Shown here piece by piece: positions 10,212 to 24,661 of a DNA stretch of 64,000 bases; the first letter of the stretch is position 1; every line of letters starts with the position of its first letter. The notes beneath the pieces were generated by a model, which saw only the letters and a list, made by a program, of their open reading frames with translations, ran no database searches and had not been told where the DNA came from. Source of the stretch: Nitrosopumilus sp. (GTDB lineage Archaea; Thermoproteota; Nitrososphaeria; Nitrososphaerales; Nitrosopumilaceae); the NCBI GenBank assembly GCA_965249555.1, contig OZ252243.1:192001-256000 (forward strand), given 5' to 3'. Made by a program: the position numbers and the translations under genes.

Positions 10212-10946
10212 ATGACTGCTTGTAATGATCCTAAATGCCCATTAAACAGGCAAGGCGTATCTCATGAAAATCATGATTCTATTGAAAGTAAGCCTATAAA
10301 AAATCCCTGTAATGATCCTCGATGTGCAATGAATAGAATGGGAATGAGCCATGAAACTCATGATGGACAGACAAACTATGAAGAACCAAAGCAACAAAAA
10401 CATGTAGAATACCAATTTGGTAGATCTCCTGTAAAAAGACAGACAAACTATGAAGAACCAAAGCAAGAAAAACCCCCAAAACAATCTAGTGATGAATTTC
10501 ATGGTTCAGCAGATGATGCATTACATGAATTAGGTAGGTTAGTTAACAAAGAGAATCCAAATAAACTATCCAGAGGGAAAATACTTGAAGAGAGAAGGAA
10601 GAGAGGAAGACAGCCAATAGAACAGGAAGCTCAAGAGGAAGTTAAACGTAGAGAAAACCTAAAACAAGAAAAAGTTTCTACAAAATCTAAAATATTTTCA
10701 CGTTCTAGTTCTGGTTTACCCTCAATTAATCAAATTTTACACAGCAGTAATCCTTATGAGACTTTTAACATAGAAGAAGAATCCACCTGTGATGATATTA
10801 AATCAAAATACAAAGAATTGAGTAAAAATTACAATGCAACTAGAGGAAGTGTCAACAGAACATCTGAGGAACAAGAACTATTAACTAAAACTCAAAGTAA
10901 AATAAACATCGCATACGACTTTTTAAGAAAAAAACATTGTGGATGA
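10212..10946 (+). CDS. J-domain-like protein (no HPD) with two N-terminal Cys/His repeats
   Basis: CNDPxCxxNRxGxSHExHD x2; C-terminal NPYETFNI..IKSKYKELSKNYNAT..KINIAYDFL; overlaps the next gene. Confidence 0.7.
   Translation: MTACNDPKCPLNRQGVSHENHDSIESKPIKNPCNDPRCAMNRMGMSHETHDGQTNYEEPKQQKHVEYQFGRSPVKRQTNYEEPKQEKPPKQSSDEFHGSADDALHELGRLVNKENPNKLSRGKILEERRKRGRQPIEQEAQEEVKRRENLKQEKVSTKSKIFSRSSSGLPSINQILHSSNPYETFNIEEESTCDDIKSKYKELSKNYNATRGSVNRTSEEQELLTKTQSKINIAYDFLRKKHCG
10366..10466 (+). repeat. 29-bp direct repeat (2 copies) within the J-like gene
   Basis: gacagacaaactatgaagaaccaaagcaa at 10366-10394 and 10438-10466. Confidence 0.85.
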
Positions 10947-13008
10947 CATGATTGTTTTAGGAATTGATTTAGGGACTAACAGATCTGCTGCTGCTGCAAT
11001 GATTGATGGTAAGATACAGCTTGTTTCATCTGCTGATACAAATTCTGCCGATACAGAACCATTTCATTCAGTTGTTTCATTTTTTGAAGATGGAGGTTGT
11101 CTTATTGGCAAACAAGCATTAGAACAAGCATCATACAATCCTAAAGGAACCATATTCAATGTTAAGAGATTAATGGGTTCTGGAGAAAGGGTTCAGGCTT
11201 TGAAGAAAAGCTATCTTCCACAGTTTATCTCAGCACTGCTAATCATGGAGATGAAGATAAAGGCAGAGAAATTATTCAAGCAAACAATCACTCAGGCAGT
11301 AATTACAGTCCCTGCCTACTTTAATGATAATCAGCGTCAGGCAACTAGAGATGCTGGAAAGATTGCAGGATTGAAGGTAATTCAGGTGTTAAATGAGCCC
11401 GTATCAGCATCAATTGCCTACGGCTTGAATAGATTGGAGGGACCAACAAAAATTCTTGTCTTTGATATGGGTGCTGGAACATTGGATGTATCAATTTTAG
11501 AAGTGGACAAAAATTTCTTTGAAGTATTGTGTACAACTGGTGATGTGAATCTTGGAGGAATTAACATCGATGAAATTATTTCAGAATTTCTTTTAGCAGA
11601 AATTTTAAAAATAAAACCTGGTGAAAAAATTGATGATCTCTCAAAATTACAAATTATGCAATTAGCTGAATCAATTAAAATTAAATTATCTGATGAGAAT
11701 GCCCTTGATTTTGTAGAAGATATTGCATTAACTGACTTGCATGTTGATTTGCCAATATCAATTAACAGAGATACATTTGACTCTATGATTGAACCCATAC
11801 TAGAAAAGTCTAAAATATGTATATTTGATGCACTAAAAGGTGCAAATCTAACTTCTGATGAAATTGATAAAGTGCTTCTAGTTGGCGGACCTGTTAAAAT
11901 TCCTGCAATTAGAAAAATGGTTTCAGATTTTATTTCTGAACCTGAATCAGACATTGATTCTACATTTACAGTAGCATCGGGAGCTGCAATTCAAGGTGCA
12001 GTACTATCTGATGATAAAAATTTGCCAGTTGCATATCAGAATCTAATATTGCTAAATAAAACACCATTAGACTTGGGAGAACACGCTAAGAAAAGTGGAG
12101 AGGACATTATTCAATTAATGATTCCAAAAAATACCACTTATCCTACTGAATTTACAGATGTGTTTTATGTAAACAAACCAATGCAGACTGAGGTTTCAAT
12201 TAGTATTTGGCAAGGTGATTTTGAAAAAAATCCCGGATTCCAAAACAATGTAAACATTGGGCAGTTTTGGTTACGGGGTTTACGAGAGGGAATAAAAAAA
12301 GAGATTGAAATAACATACAGAATAGATGGTGATGGAATAATTGTAGTTTCTGCATATGAAATAGAAGGGAATACCCATGATGAATTAGTTATAGATGAGA
12401 TGGGAAATTCAGTCATACCTCCACCAGAACTTGATTTTGCACATGAAGAAATTGAGAAAATTGAGAAAAAACGCAGACGAGACACAATGAGTCCATATGA
12501 AATTCCTGTGGATGATTACGAATTTGCATCACCAAACATATCTGCAGAATACTCTAAAGACTATGATTGGGTTTGTGGCAGTTTAGCCAAAGCAATTGAT
12601 ATTATTAAAACTCATCATAATCATCCAGAATACAGTCCCGAGTTTTTTAATACTGCAAGATTTGAAATATACCTGCAATTAGATATGCAGTATGCATATG
12701 CGTATATTCAATTAACAGGGGGACCCGTATATCCAATTCACATTCATAATGCTCTCAAAGAAGAATCAGAAGTGAATAAAAAAATCATGGTAGTAACACT
12801 GGTGCACGAATTACTACATGCAATACATCCTGATTGGGGACACAACAAAATACGTCCAGCAGAAAGAAGACTTGCAAATCTAGCAATGTATTTTGATGCA
12901 TACAGAGAGATGGAGATAAAATTTCTTAGTGGAAAAATGTCTTTGTGCAACAATACTATGACATCTAGAGATCAAAAAGTTAGAATTCAATGTAAGGATG
13001 AAGTTTAG
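10939..13008 (+). CDS. Hsp70/DnaK-like protein fused to a C-terminal HExxH metalloprotease-like domain
   Basis: GIDLGT, TVPAYF, NEPVSASIAYG, FDMGAGTLDVS, LLVGG, linker LILLNKTPLDLG, SBD-beta; helical lid region replaced by a domain with VHELLHAIHPDWGH. Confidence 0.85.
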   Translation: MDDMIVLGIDLGTNRSAAAAMIDGKIQLVSSADTNSADTEPFHSVVSFFEDGGCLIGKQALEQASYNPKGTIFNVKRLMGSGERVQALKKSYLPQFISALLIMEMKIKAEKLFKQTITQAVITVPAYFNDNQRQATRDAGKIAGLKVIQVLNEPVSASIAYGLNRLEGPTKILVFDMGAGTLDVSILEVDKNFFEVLCTTGDVNLGGINIDEIISEFLLAEILKIKPGEKIDDLSKLQIMQLAESIKIKLSDENALDFVEDIALTDLHVDLPISINRDTFDSMIEPILEKSKICIFDALKGANLTSDEIDKVLLVGGPVKIPAIRKMVSDFISEPESDIDSTFTVASGAAIQGAVLSDDKNLPVAYQNLILLNKTPLDLGEHAKKSGEDIIQLMIPKNTTYPTEFTDVFYVNKPMQTEVSISIWQGDFEKNPGFQNNVNIGQFWLRGLREGIKKEIEITYRIDGDGIIVVSAYEIEGNTHDELVIDEMGNSVIPPPELDFAHEEIEKIEKKRRRDTMSPYEIPVDDYEFASPNISAEYSKDYDWVCGSLAKAIDIIKTHHNHPEYSPEFFNTARFEIYLQLDMQYAYAYIQLTGGPVYPIHIHNALKEESEVNKKIMVVTLVHELLHAIHPDWGHNKIRPAERRLANLAMYFDAYREMEIKFLSGKMSLCNNTMTSRDQKVRIQCKDEV

Positions 13009-13284
13009 ACTAGATCATTATGGAATATTTTACAAAAATAACTGATGGATTACCAGATTACAATTTGCAAAAATTAAAACAGTACAATTGATCACTCCAA
13101 TGAGTTACAATTAGTCGTGTATGGTTTTCACTAGGTGGAATTTCAAATGATATCTTGCGCCATGAATAATGCATAGCTTACGCTACACATGATTAAAAAT
13201 GAAATCATCGTACAAGTCGTGTATATTTTCCACTTGATGAATTGAAAATAATCCATCGTGCATAGTCTCTATGTAAGTGGCTGA

Positions 13285-16275
<2,991 letters not shown>

Positions 16276-16389
16276 GCAAATTCAGCCACATATTACACGA
16301 CTATGCACGACGATCATTGCAAACCCCCTGGCAGGGGTCTGCTACATCCTTCATACAACACTTTCGTGATGTATTGCATCGATGATTTT

Positions 16390-17976
<1,587 letters not shown>

Positions 17977-18118
17977 TTTCAGATATGATCTTTTGATCAA
18001 ATCCTCATTTTGTATGCGTAACTGGAGGCCCATGAATCATAACTTGGCATATTGCCATACTTCATCACGAGCGCCGCCTATTGCGTTACGTATGCAGAAG
18101 TTGAAGAAGGCGGAATCC

Positions 18119-18126
18119 ATATAAAC
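18119..18126 (-). promoter_or_regulatory. Putative TATA box of the rRNA operon
   Basis: TTTATAT on the minus strand ~220 nt upstream of 16S. Confidence 0.4.
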
Positions 18127-18245
18127 CATGCGTGAAATTATGCCTGATCGATGCAAAAAATTGAAAGAATTACAATAAAAACTAGGCATAAATGTATATG
18201 AAAAAGTAGTCTTGATAGTTAAAATGTTAGATTTTGTTTTGAAAG

Positions 18246-19541
18246 TTGCTTTTGAATTACATTTCTGAATACAAAAAGAAAACCAAAACATCTGCAAAGA
18301 TATTTGCAAAGTCTTCAAAACTTCATATTAATGGAGTAAGTCACAACATAAGATTCTATGAACCATATCCATTTGTTGTAAAATCATCTACAGGAAAAAA
18401 TCTCATCGATGTAGATAACAACAAGTATGCAGATTACTGGATGGGGCATTGGAGTTTGATATTAGGACATGGTCCAAAAAATGTCAAAGAATCTTTGAAA
18501 AAGCAGATTGAAAAAAGTTGGATGTATGGAACAGTAAATGAGCAGACAATAAAACTATCAGAATTAATTTCAAAAGCAGTTCCAGTTGCAGAAAAGATTC
18601 GTTACGTAACATCAGGTACTGAAGCTACAATGTATGCAGTAAGACTTGCGCGTTCAGTTACAGGTAGAAAAATTATTGCAAAGATTGATGGTGGATGGCA
18701 CGGATATACATCAGATTTACTAAAGAGTGTAAACTGGCCATTTACAGAATCAGAAAGCAGTGGAATAGTCAATGAAGAAAAAATCATCTCAATTCCGTAT
18801 AATGATTTGGAGAATTCTTTGAGGATTTTAAAAAAATATGCAAAGAATTTAGCAGGAGTGATTGTCGAGCCGGTATTAGGCGGAGGCGGATGCATTCCTG
18901 CCACTCAAGAATACCTCAAAGGAATTCAAGAGTTTGCTCACAAAAATAAATCACTATTTATTTTAGATGAGATAGTTACGGGTTTCAGATTCAGATATGG
19001 ATGTCTCTATCCAACGATGAAACTTGATCCTGACATTGTAACTCTAGGGAAAATTGTAGGAGGTGGAATGGCAATTGGTGTCATGTGCGGCAAAAAAGAG
19101 ATCATGGAATATGCAGATACTACGGATAAGAAAAAATCAGAACGCTCCTATGTAGGGGGCGGGACATTTTCTGCAAATCCCGCATCAATGACTGCAGGAT
19201 ATGCAACACTTGGTCATCTAAAATCAAAAAAATCAGTTTATTCAAAAATTAACTCACTTGGAAGATTCACCAGAAAAGAGATGAGTAAAGCATTTGATGG
19301 AAAAGTTGCAGTTACTGGAAAGGGGTCATTGTTTATGACTCACTTTCTAAAGGATGACATTACAGAAATTACAAATTCGGCACAGGCTGCAAAATGTGAC
19401 GGTGCAATGCTTGCAAATTATCATTTCAAGATGATTGCCCATGATGGAATATTCTTTTTGCCAGGTAAACTAGGGGCAATATCTGAGGCACATAGTAAAG
19501 AGGATATCAAGAAGATGATTAAAGCATCTGAGGATTTCTAG
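18246..19541 (+). CDS. hemL: Class III PLP aminotransferase, glutamate-1-semialdehyde 2,1-aminomutase-like
   Basis: [46 protein letters not shown]. Confidence 0.75.
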   Translation: MLLNYISEYKKKTKTSAKIFAKSSKLHINGVSHNIRFYEPYPFVVKSSTGKNLIDVDNNKYADYWMGHWSLILGHGPKNVKESLKKQIEKSWMYGTVNEQTIKLSELISKAVPVAEKIRYVTSGTEATMYAVRLARSVTGRKIIAKIDGGWHGYTSDLLKSVNWPFTESESSGIVNEEKIISIPYNDLENSLRILKKYAKNLAGVIVEPVLGGGGCIPATQEYLKGIQEFAHKNKSLFILDEIVTGFRFRYGCLYPTMKLDPDIVTLGKIVGGGMAIGVMCGKKEIMEYADTTDKKKSERSYVGGGTFSANPASMTAGYATLGHLKSKKSVYSKINSLGRFTRKEMSKAFDGKVAVTGKGSLFMTHFLKDDITEITNSAQAAKCDGAMLANYHFKMIAHDGIFFLPGKLGAISEAHSKEDIKKMIKASEDF

Positions 19542-19900
19542 ATATTACGATTTTGGAATTCATCTCTCCAAGAAATTAGTTGGTTAAAGACATCCACATG
19601 ATTTTCAGATTTTATTGTAATGTGAACATGGGCATAAAGTTCTTCAAATTGAGCCTCAAATATCAGAGTACACTCTTCTTTGAAAAAAGGCACTGTAATT
19701 CCAATTTTTTTAATAGAATTAAATTCAAAATTCTCAATTTGAATGGTTTTTTCTTTAATTGTAACTTGTCTCTTTTCTGGATTTTTGTTAATTGAATCAT
19801 CAATCTGTTTTTGTGTAGAATCATCCCAGATTGGAGAATCTTGAGGCCACCTATGCACATGAATTTTATCAGATAGATACTTTAGTTGAGAATCAGGCAA
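19538..19900 (-). CDS. Hypothetical protein
   Basis: 120-aa ORF filling the gap between genes. Confidence 0.6.
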   Translation of the reverse strand: MPDSQLKYLSDKIHVHRWPQDSPIWDDSTQKQIDDSINKNPEKRQVTIKEKTIQIENFEFNSIKKIGITVPFFKEECTLIFEAQFEELYAHVHITIKSENHVDVFNQLISWRDEFQNRNI

Positions 19901-19978
19901 TAAACAGAGTCATTTCTAATTCAAATTAAGCATATCTTTGAAGATTCAGTTTTTATAAAATAAACAAGTCCAGAAAGC

Positions 19979-20098
19979 ATGGAAAAGAAAAAAGAAGGAA
20001 GAGAGGATTACGCTACAGATGACCCTACAGATACAACAGCCCAAGAGCAAGAAGAGATGTCAAGAGAGGCAATCAAAAAATTCAAGTCACTAGGATAA
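19979..20098 (+). CDS. 39-aa small protein
   Basis: MEKKKEGREDYATDDPTDTTAQEQEEMSREAIKKFKSLG*, with TATA-like ttttataaa upstream. Confidence 0.45.
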   Translation: MEKKKEGREDYATDDPTDTTAQEQEEMSREAIKKFKSLG

Positions 20099-20135
20099 GC
20101 CAAACTTTCATTAGCCATATCATTTTGTAGAAATT

Positions 20136-20957
20136 ATGGGACTATTTGGCTCAAAGGTAAGCTCTGAAGATTTAATGTATGATGCAATGTCTATGATGGA
20201 GCAAAATCAGCCAAAAGTAGCCATATCATTATTTAACAAAATTCTAAAACAAGACTCTGAAAATGTTTCAGCATTATTTAACAAAGGTTTAGCACTAAAT
20301 CAGAGAAAAAAATACACTGATGCAGTTACTTGTTTTGAGAGACTACTAGAGATCAATCCAAAAGACGCTCAAGCACTCAACAACAAGGGAATAGCAATGG
20401 CAGAGATGGGAAATATTCAAGCTGCTGCAGAATGTTATGACAAAGCAATAGAGGCAGATCCAAAAAATGCGGCATCTTATTTTAACAAAGGAGTGTTACT
20501 TGATAAATTACAAGAACGTGAAGAAGCAATAGAATTTTTGGACAAAGCAATATCCATAGAACCAAGAAAACCAAATGCAATGGTCTACAAAGGAATTGTA
20601 TTAGGTAAAATGAAAAAACATGAAGAAGCTTTGAACTGTTTTCAAAATGTTTGCAAAAAATATCCTAACAATCAGGATGCATTTTTTCAAAAAGGCATCC
20701 AATTAGCAGAATTGGGACAACATAAAAAAGCACTTGGGGTATTTGATGAGATTCTTGAAAAATTCAAAGACAATGTGAATGTCATTTATGCAAAATCACG
20801 AAGTAAAGCCGCATTAGGAATGTACCCAGAATCATTAGAATTACTAAAACTGGCAGTTTCTAAAAACCCCAAAGTAATCCGCGGATGGGCAAAAGAAGAA
20901 GAAATCTTTGAGCAATTACATGGAAATGACCAATTCAGAAAACTTGTAAAACTTTAG
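20136..20957 (+). CDS. Tetratricopeptide repeat protein
   Basis: Repeated A(L/Y)FNKG..L..A..FDKAI..DP units. Confidence 0.9.
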   Translation: MGLFGSKVSSEDLMYDAMSMMEQNQPKVAISLFNKILKQDSENVSALFNKGLALNQRKKYTDAVTCFERLLEINPKDAQALNNKGIAMAEMGNIQAAAECYDKAIEADPKNAASYFNKGVLLDKLQEREEAIEFLDKAISIEPRKPNAMVYKGIVLGKMKKHEEALNCFQNVCKKYPNNQDAFFQKGIQLAELGQHKKALGVFDEILEKFKDNVNVIYAKSRSKAALGMYPESLELLKLAVSKNPKVIRGWAKEEEIFEQLHGNDQFRKLVKL

Positions 20958-20963
20958 AACCAA

Positions 20964-21668
20964 TTACAGAATCTTTTTTCGTACTGCGTCTATACGAATA
21001 ATTCCAACTTTCTTTTTAGGACCAATTAGTCTTGCCTCAAAGAGTGGAACATAGACTTCGGTAATTTCACGCAAAATAAATTCCTCAGTTAGATCACGAA
21101 CATCTGTTTCCACAGGTCTTTTGAGTTGAGATTGAAGTTTCTCAATTGCAGCATCATTAGTTATTTCAGGTTTTTTGATATTTTGCTGGTTTTTTTCCAA
21201 GATTCGTTTGGGATAATTTTCAACAGTCTTTGAATTAATTTTAAATGGGAACTTTATTTCATGGCCATGATGATCAAATGCAAGTTCATCTTCTTCCTCA
21301 ACAAAAACATGTTCTTCTAATTTCAAATCAATTTTATTTTTTCCATGTTTTCCGGAAAGCGCCTTTGCAAATCCAGATTTAGAACGTATGAAGAATAGAC
21401 CCCCACCCAGCACTACATCCCGAATATTATAATTTACAGAAATTGTATGAGTTGCTTTCCGGTAATAATCAGCGATAAATTTTCCTGAAACCATTAAGAT
21501 ACATTCATGGTATAATTTCAATGAATGAACATGTACTTGTTCTTTTTTTGGACGTGAAAGCAGAGACTTGAAAGGGGTTGTTTTCTTTTGTTGAATAATT
21601 TCCATTGCCTCTGCTTCATCAATCTTTTTTCTTAGAACAACTGTCTTTACATCATTAGTCTTTGCCAA
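20964..21668 (-). CDS. Hypothetical protein
   Basis: 234-aa ORF. Confidence 0.7.
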   Translation of the reverse strand: MAKTNDVKTVVLRKKIDEAEAMEIIQQKKTTPFKSLLSRPKKEQVHVHSLKLYHECILMVSGKFIADYYRKATHTISVNYNIRDVVLGGGLFFIRSKSGFAKALSGKHGKNKIDLKLEEHVFVEEEDELAFDHHGHEIKFPFKINSKTVENYPKRILEKNQQNIKKPEITNDAAIEKLQSQLKRPVETDVRDLTEEFILREITEVYVPLFEARLIGPKKKVGIIRIDAVRKKIL

Positions 21669-21755
21669 AACTACACAAAGTATACGATTCCATCTATTAA
21701 ACCAATTCGACTAGGAAAGAGATAATAGATTTGAAATGATTCAAACAAGGTAGGT

Positions 21756-22148
21756 ATGACAAAAAAAGGCGGTTATATTGAAAAATTGCTAAAAAAAGCA
21801 GACAAGGCACTTCAAGAAGGGGTCAAAAAAGCAGACAAGGCATTTCAAGAAGGGGTCAAAAAAGCAGATGATGTATTAGATAATGCAGTAGAGCTTGGAG
21901 TAATGACTGCAAAACAGGCTAGTCAGACAAGTAAAGAACTTCGAAATCATGCAAAAAAAGAAAGAGAGGCATTACAGAAAAGAGGAATTAAAAAACTAAA
22001 TGAAGGAATCACAGCTGCAAAAAATGTAACATCTAATACTCAAGAAGGCTTGGAGATACTAAAAAAACTTGGAAAGTTAAGAACTAATGGGGTTATTACA
22101 GAAAAAGAATTCCAGGCAAAGAAAAAGAAAATTTTGGATAGAATTTAG
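21756..22148 (+). CDS. SHOCT-domain protein with a 33-bp internal duplication
   Basis: KKADKA(L/F)QEGV x2; ends LRTNGVITEKEFQAKKKKIL. Confidence 0.7.
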   Translation: MTKKGGYIEKLLKKADKALQEGVKKADKAFQEGVKKADDVLDNAVELGVMTAKQASQTSKELRNHAKKEREALQKRGIKKLNEGITAAKNVTSNTQEGLEILKKLGKLRTNGVITEKEFQAKKKKILDRI

Positions 22149-22149
22149 T

Positions 22150-22605
22150 ATGAAAAAATCAAATATTTTTGGATCAGGAGATAAAAGAACAGTAAACCCA
22201 AATTGGTTTACAAATAAAACATGGATGAAGGTTCTCTCAGAGAAAATAAAAGCAAAGGACCAAGACATCTATCATGTTCATTTTGAGCGAGGAGCCAGAA
22301 CCAAACTTCATGCACATAACGGAAATCAAGTATTAATTGCAACAAAAGGGGATGGAAGCCTTGAGATTTTTCGAAGATATGGCTCAAGTAAAACTAACTT
22401 TAAGATAAAAAGAACAGAGAAGATCATCCTCAAAGAAGGAGACATGGTACACATTCCGGCAAAAACATATCACACCCATGGCTCAATTAATAAAAAGAAA
22501 ACATTTTCCCACATTGCAATAAACATCTTGCCTAAAAAAAATGCAATATACAAAACAGTATGGTATGAATCAGATTTTAAAACCAAAGTATCAGAAATCA
22601 TTTAG
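22150..22605 (+). CDS. Cupin-domain protein
   Basis: GARTKLHAH, GDMVHIPAKTYHTHG. Confidence 0.8.
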   Translation: MKKSNIFGSGDKRTVNPNWFTNKTWMKVLSEKIKAKDQDIYHVHFERGARTKLHAHNGNQVLIATKGDGSLEIFRRYGSSKTNFKIKRTEKIILKEGDMVHIPAKTYHTHGSINKKKTFSHIAINILPKKNAIYKTVWYESDFKTKVSEII

Positions 22606-22610
22606 GCAAT

Positions 22611-22973
22611 ATGTCATTAAGAAAAAATTCTGAAATCAAATCTATTCAAGGAGATGAAGGATCTAAAATTAAACAATACTTTCATCCACACAACACACTA
22701 AATGGAATTAATTATAGTATGGCACAATTTACGCTAGAACCAGGAAAGAAATCTAAACTTCACAAAATGAGTTCATCTGAGATCTACTATATTTTAGAGG
22801 GGAATGGAAAACTAGAGATCGAGGAAGAAGAATATCATCTTGAAAAAGATGATTCTGCATATGTTCCGCCAAATTCAAAGCAGTTTATTGAAAATACAGG
22901 ATCAACTAATTTGAGATTTTTGTGCATAGTTGAACCTGCATGGAAGGCAGATGATGAAATTTTGTTGGAATAA
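22611..22973 (+). CDS. Cupin-domain protein
   Basis: EIYYILEGNG, YVPPNSKQFIENTG. Confidence 0.85.
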   Translation: MSLRKNSEIKSIQGDEGSKIKQYFHPHNTLNGINYSMAQFTLEPGKKSKLHKMSSSEIYYILEGNGKLEIEEEEYHLEKDDSAYVPPNSKQFIENTGSTNLRFLCIVEPAWKADDEILLE

Positions 22974-23035
22974 AACGAGTTTAATGCTAAATTTTGTGCA
23001 ATTGTTTTTAACATATTACAAGTTATTGCTTCTTA

Positions 23036-23710
23036 GTGAACTCATATCAAGCACTCAAAGTACTGAATGTAAAACCAAACTCATCTCATGCGGAGATCAA
23101 GGCGGCTTATCGAAAGTTGGCACTAGAACTACACCCGGACAAAAATAAGGACAAAAATGAGGATTTGGAATTTAAAAAAATTACAGAGGCATATACACAC
23201 CTCAAGAAAAATTATAATCAAAATAGCAATTTACTAAATCAAGAATATACTGAAAGCAAATCAAACACAGACTTTAAGAGAAAATCCCAATGGGCAGCTC
23301 CCGAAGAGCAAAAAATTCCAGAACAAGACTGGGGCAAATATACTCGTGAATTTGAAGAGGATGACCCAAATTTTTGGAAAGAATATGAAGATAAATTCTG
23401 GAAAGATTACAATGCACGTATACGCCCAGACGGTAAAAATGGAGAATTTGATAAAGCAAAAGAGCCTAAAAAACAACCAACCATTTTTGTCGATGTAGAT
23501 GAAAGCTTGTGCATTGGTTGTTGCAGTTGTGAAACTATAGCACCGGAAGTTTTTGAAATAAATAAACAAAGTAGATCAAATCCCAAATCATCGGTAATCA
23601 ATCAAAAAGGAGCAGGCATAAACAAAATAATGAATGCCGCACAAACTTGCCCAACAAAAGCAATCAGAGTAGAGAATACAGTTACAAAAGAGAGATTATT
23701 TCCTTACTGA
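23036..23710 (+). CDS. DnaJ-ferredoxin fusion protein
   Basis: J domain with HPD; CIGCCSC...CP ferredoxin motif. Confidence 0.9.
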   Translation: MNSYQALKVLNVKPNSSHAEIKAAYRKLALELHPDKNKDKNEDLEFKKITEAYTHLKKNYNQNSNLLNQEYTESKSNTDFKRKSQWAAPEEQKIPEQDWGKYTREFEEDDPNFWKEYEDKFWKDYNARIRPDGKNGEFDKAKEPKKQPTIFVDVDESLCIGCCSCETIAPEVFEINKQSRSNPKSSVINQKGAGINKIMNAAQTCPTKAIRVENTVTKERLFPY

Positions 23711-24120
23711 GATTGGATTTTTAATTTATTGCAAAGTTCTTCAATTTCAGATTCAGATAGTTTCAATGTAGAATCAAACATACTGTGTATGGTACCTGCA
23801 GAATCATCTGTACTTCGTGGCACTAGATGCACATGAACATGTGGAACTTCTTGTCCAGCTTCTTCTCCGTTATGTACGGCAACCAAAGTTGCACCAGTTA
23901 TAGCATCTACCTTAGAAATCATCAAGTGAACTAGTGAAAACAAATCAGTATTTTCTTCATTACTCATGTCTTGGATTTTTTTATGATGATTCTTTGGAAT
24001 CACAAGTACATGGCCCTTTGCAAGAGGGAAGGCATCTAAAAAAGATATAGAGTTTGAGGTTTCCTTGAGAATTTTTGCTGGGATATCGCCTGCAATAATT
24101 TTACAAAAAATACAGTCCAT
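23704..24120 (-). CDS. HIT family hydrolase
   Basis: [20 protein letters not shown]. Confidence 0.92.
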   Translation of the reverse strand: MDCIFCKIIAGDIPAKILKETSNSISFLDAFPLAKGHVLVIPKNHHKKIQDMSNEENTDLFSLVHLMISKVDAITGATLVAVHNGEEAGQEVPHVHVHLVPRSTDDSAGTIHSMFDSTLKLSESEIEELCNKLKIQSQ

Positions 24121-24158
24121 TGTATTTCATCAGATTTTTTAAAATATTAAACCATCGA

Positions 24159-24438
24159 TTAGGGGGTAACAATGCTTGCCCATGCAAGATCCTTGCCAAA
24201 CTTTATAGTTGTTTTATCACCTGGGTTGAGAGTGTAATTTTTGATTATCTTTGGAACATCATCCATAGTCTCAACATAGCAAATACCGGTCATCATTTGT
24301 TAATATCACTACATCTTCAAAGACATCTTCACGAATTAGATGCCAAAATGGGAAGACAATAGTCGATAGAGCAATTCCTGCAACTAAAAATGCACCTCCA
24401 AAAACTAAACCAGCCTTTTGACTTGAGCTGAGTTCCAT
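24159..24438 (-). pseudogene. Small membrane-anchored protein with a 1-nt frameshift near 24288
   Basis: Removing one C at GATGACCGG extends the frame to DDGICYVETMDDVPKIIKNYTLNPGDKTTIKFGKDLAWASIVTP*. Confidence 0.5.
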
Positions 24439-24439
24439 T

Positions 24440-24607
24440 TTACCACAGACCACCGTCACCTGAATTTGGATCTAATTTCTTTTCAGGAACGTTGCCATGT
24501 GCTTTTTTCATATGTCTTTTCAAACGCTCAGGATCATGTAATTCAGTGCCGCATTTTTCACATTTTGTTTGGTTTTCCTTCTCTTTGTTACGTTTGAACA
24601 AACCCAT
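24440..24607 (-). CDS. C2H2 zinc-finger small protein
   Basis: MGLFKR..CEKCGTELHDPERLKRHMKKAH..GGLW*, read by hand. Confidence 0.7.
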   Translation of the reverse strand: MGLFKRNKEKENQTKCEKCGTELHDPERLKRHMKKAHGNVPEKKLDPNSGDGGLW

Positions 24608-24661
24608 TAACTGATAACATTTTGAAATACATTATAAAGGATGCTCAATTTTTGAAAAACT

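Noticed and set aside
10939-13008. Calling the Hsp70 the housekeeping dnaK
   Set aside because: No grpE or canonical dnaJ neighbours, divergent sequence and a non-canonical C-terminus.
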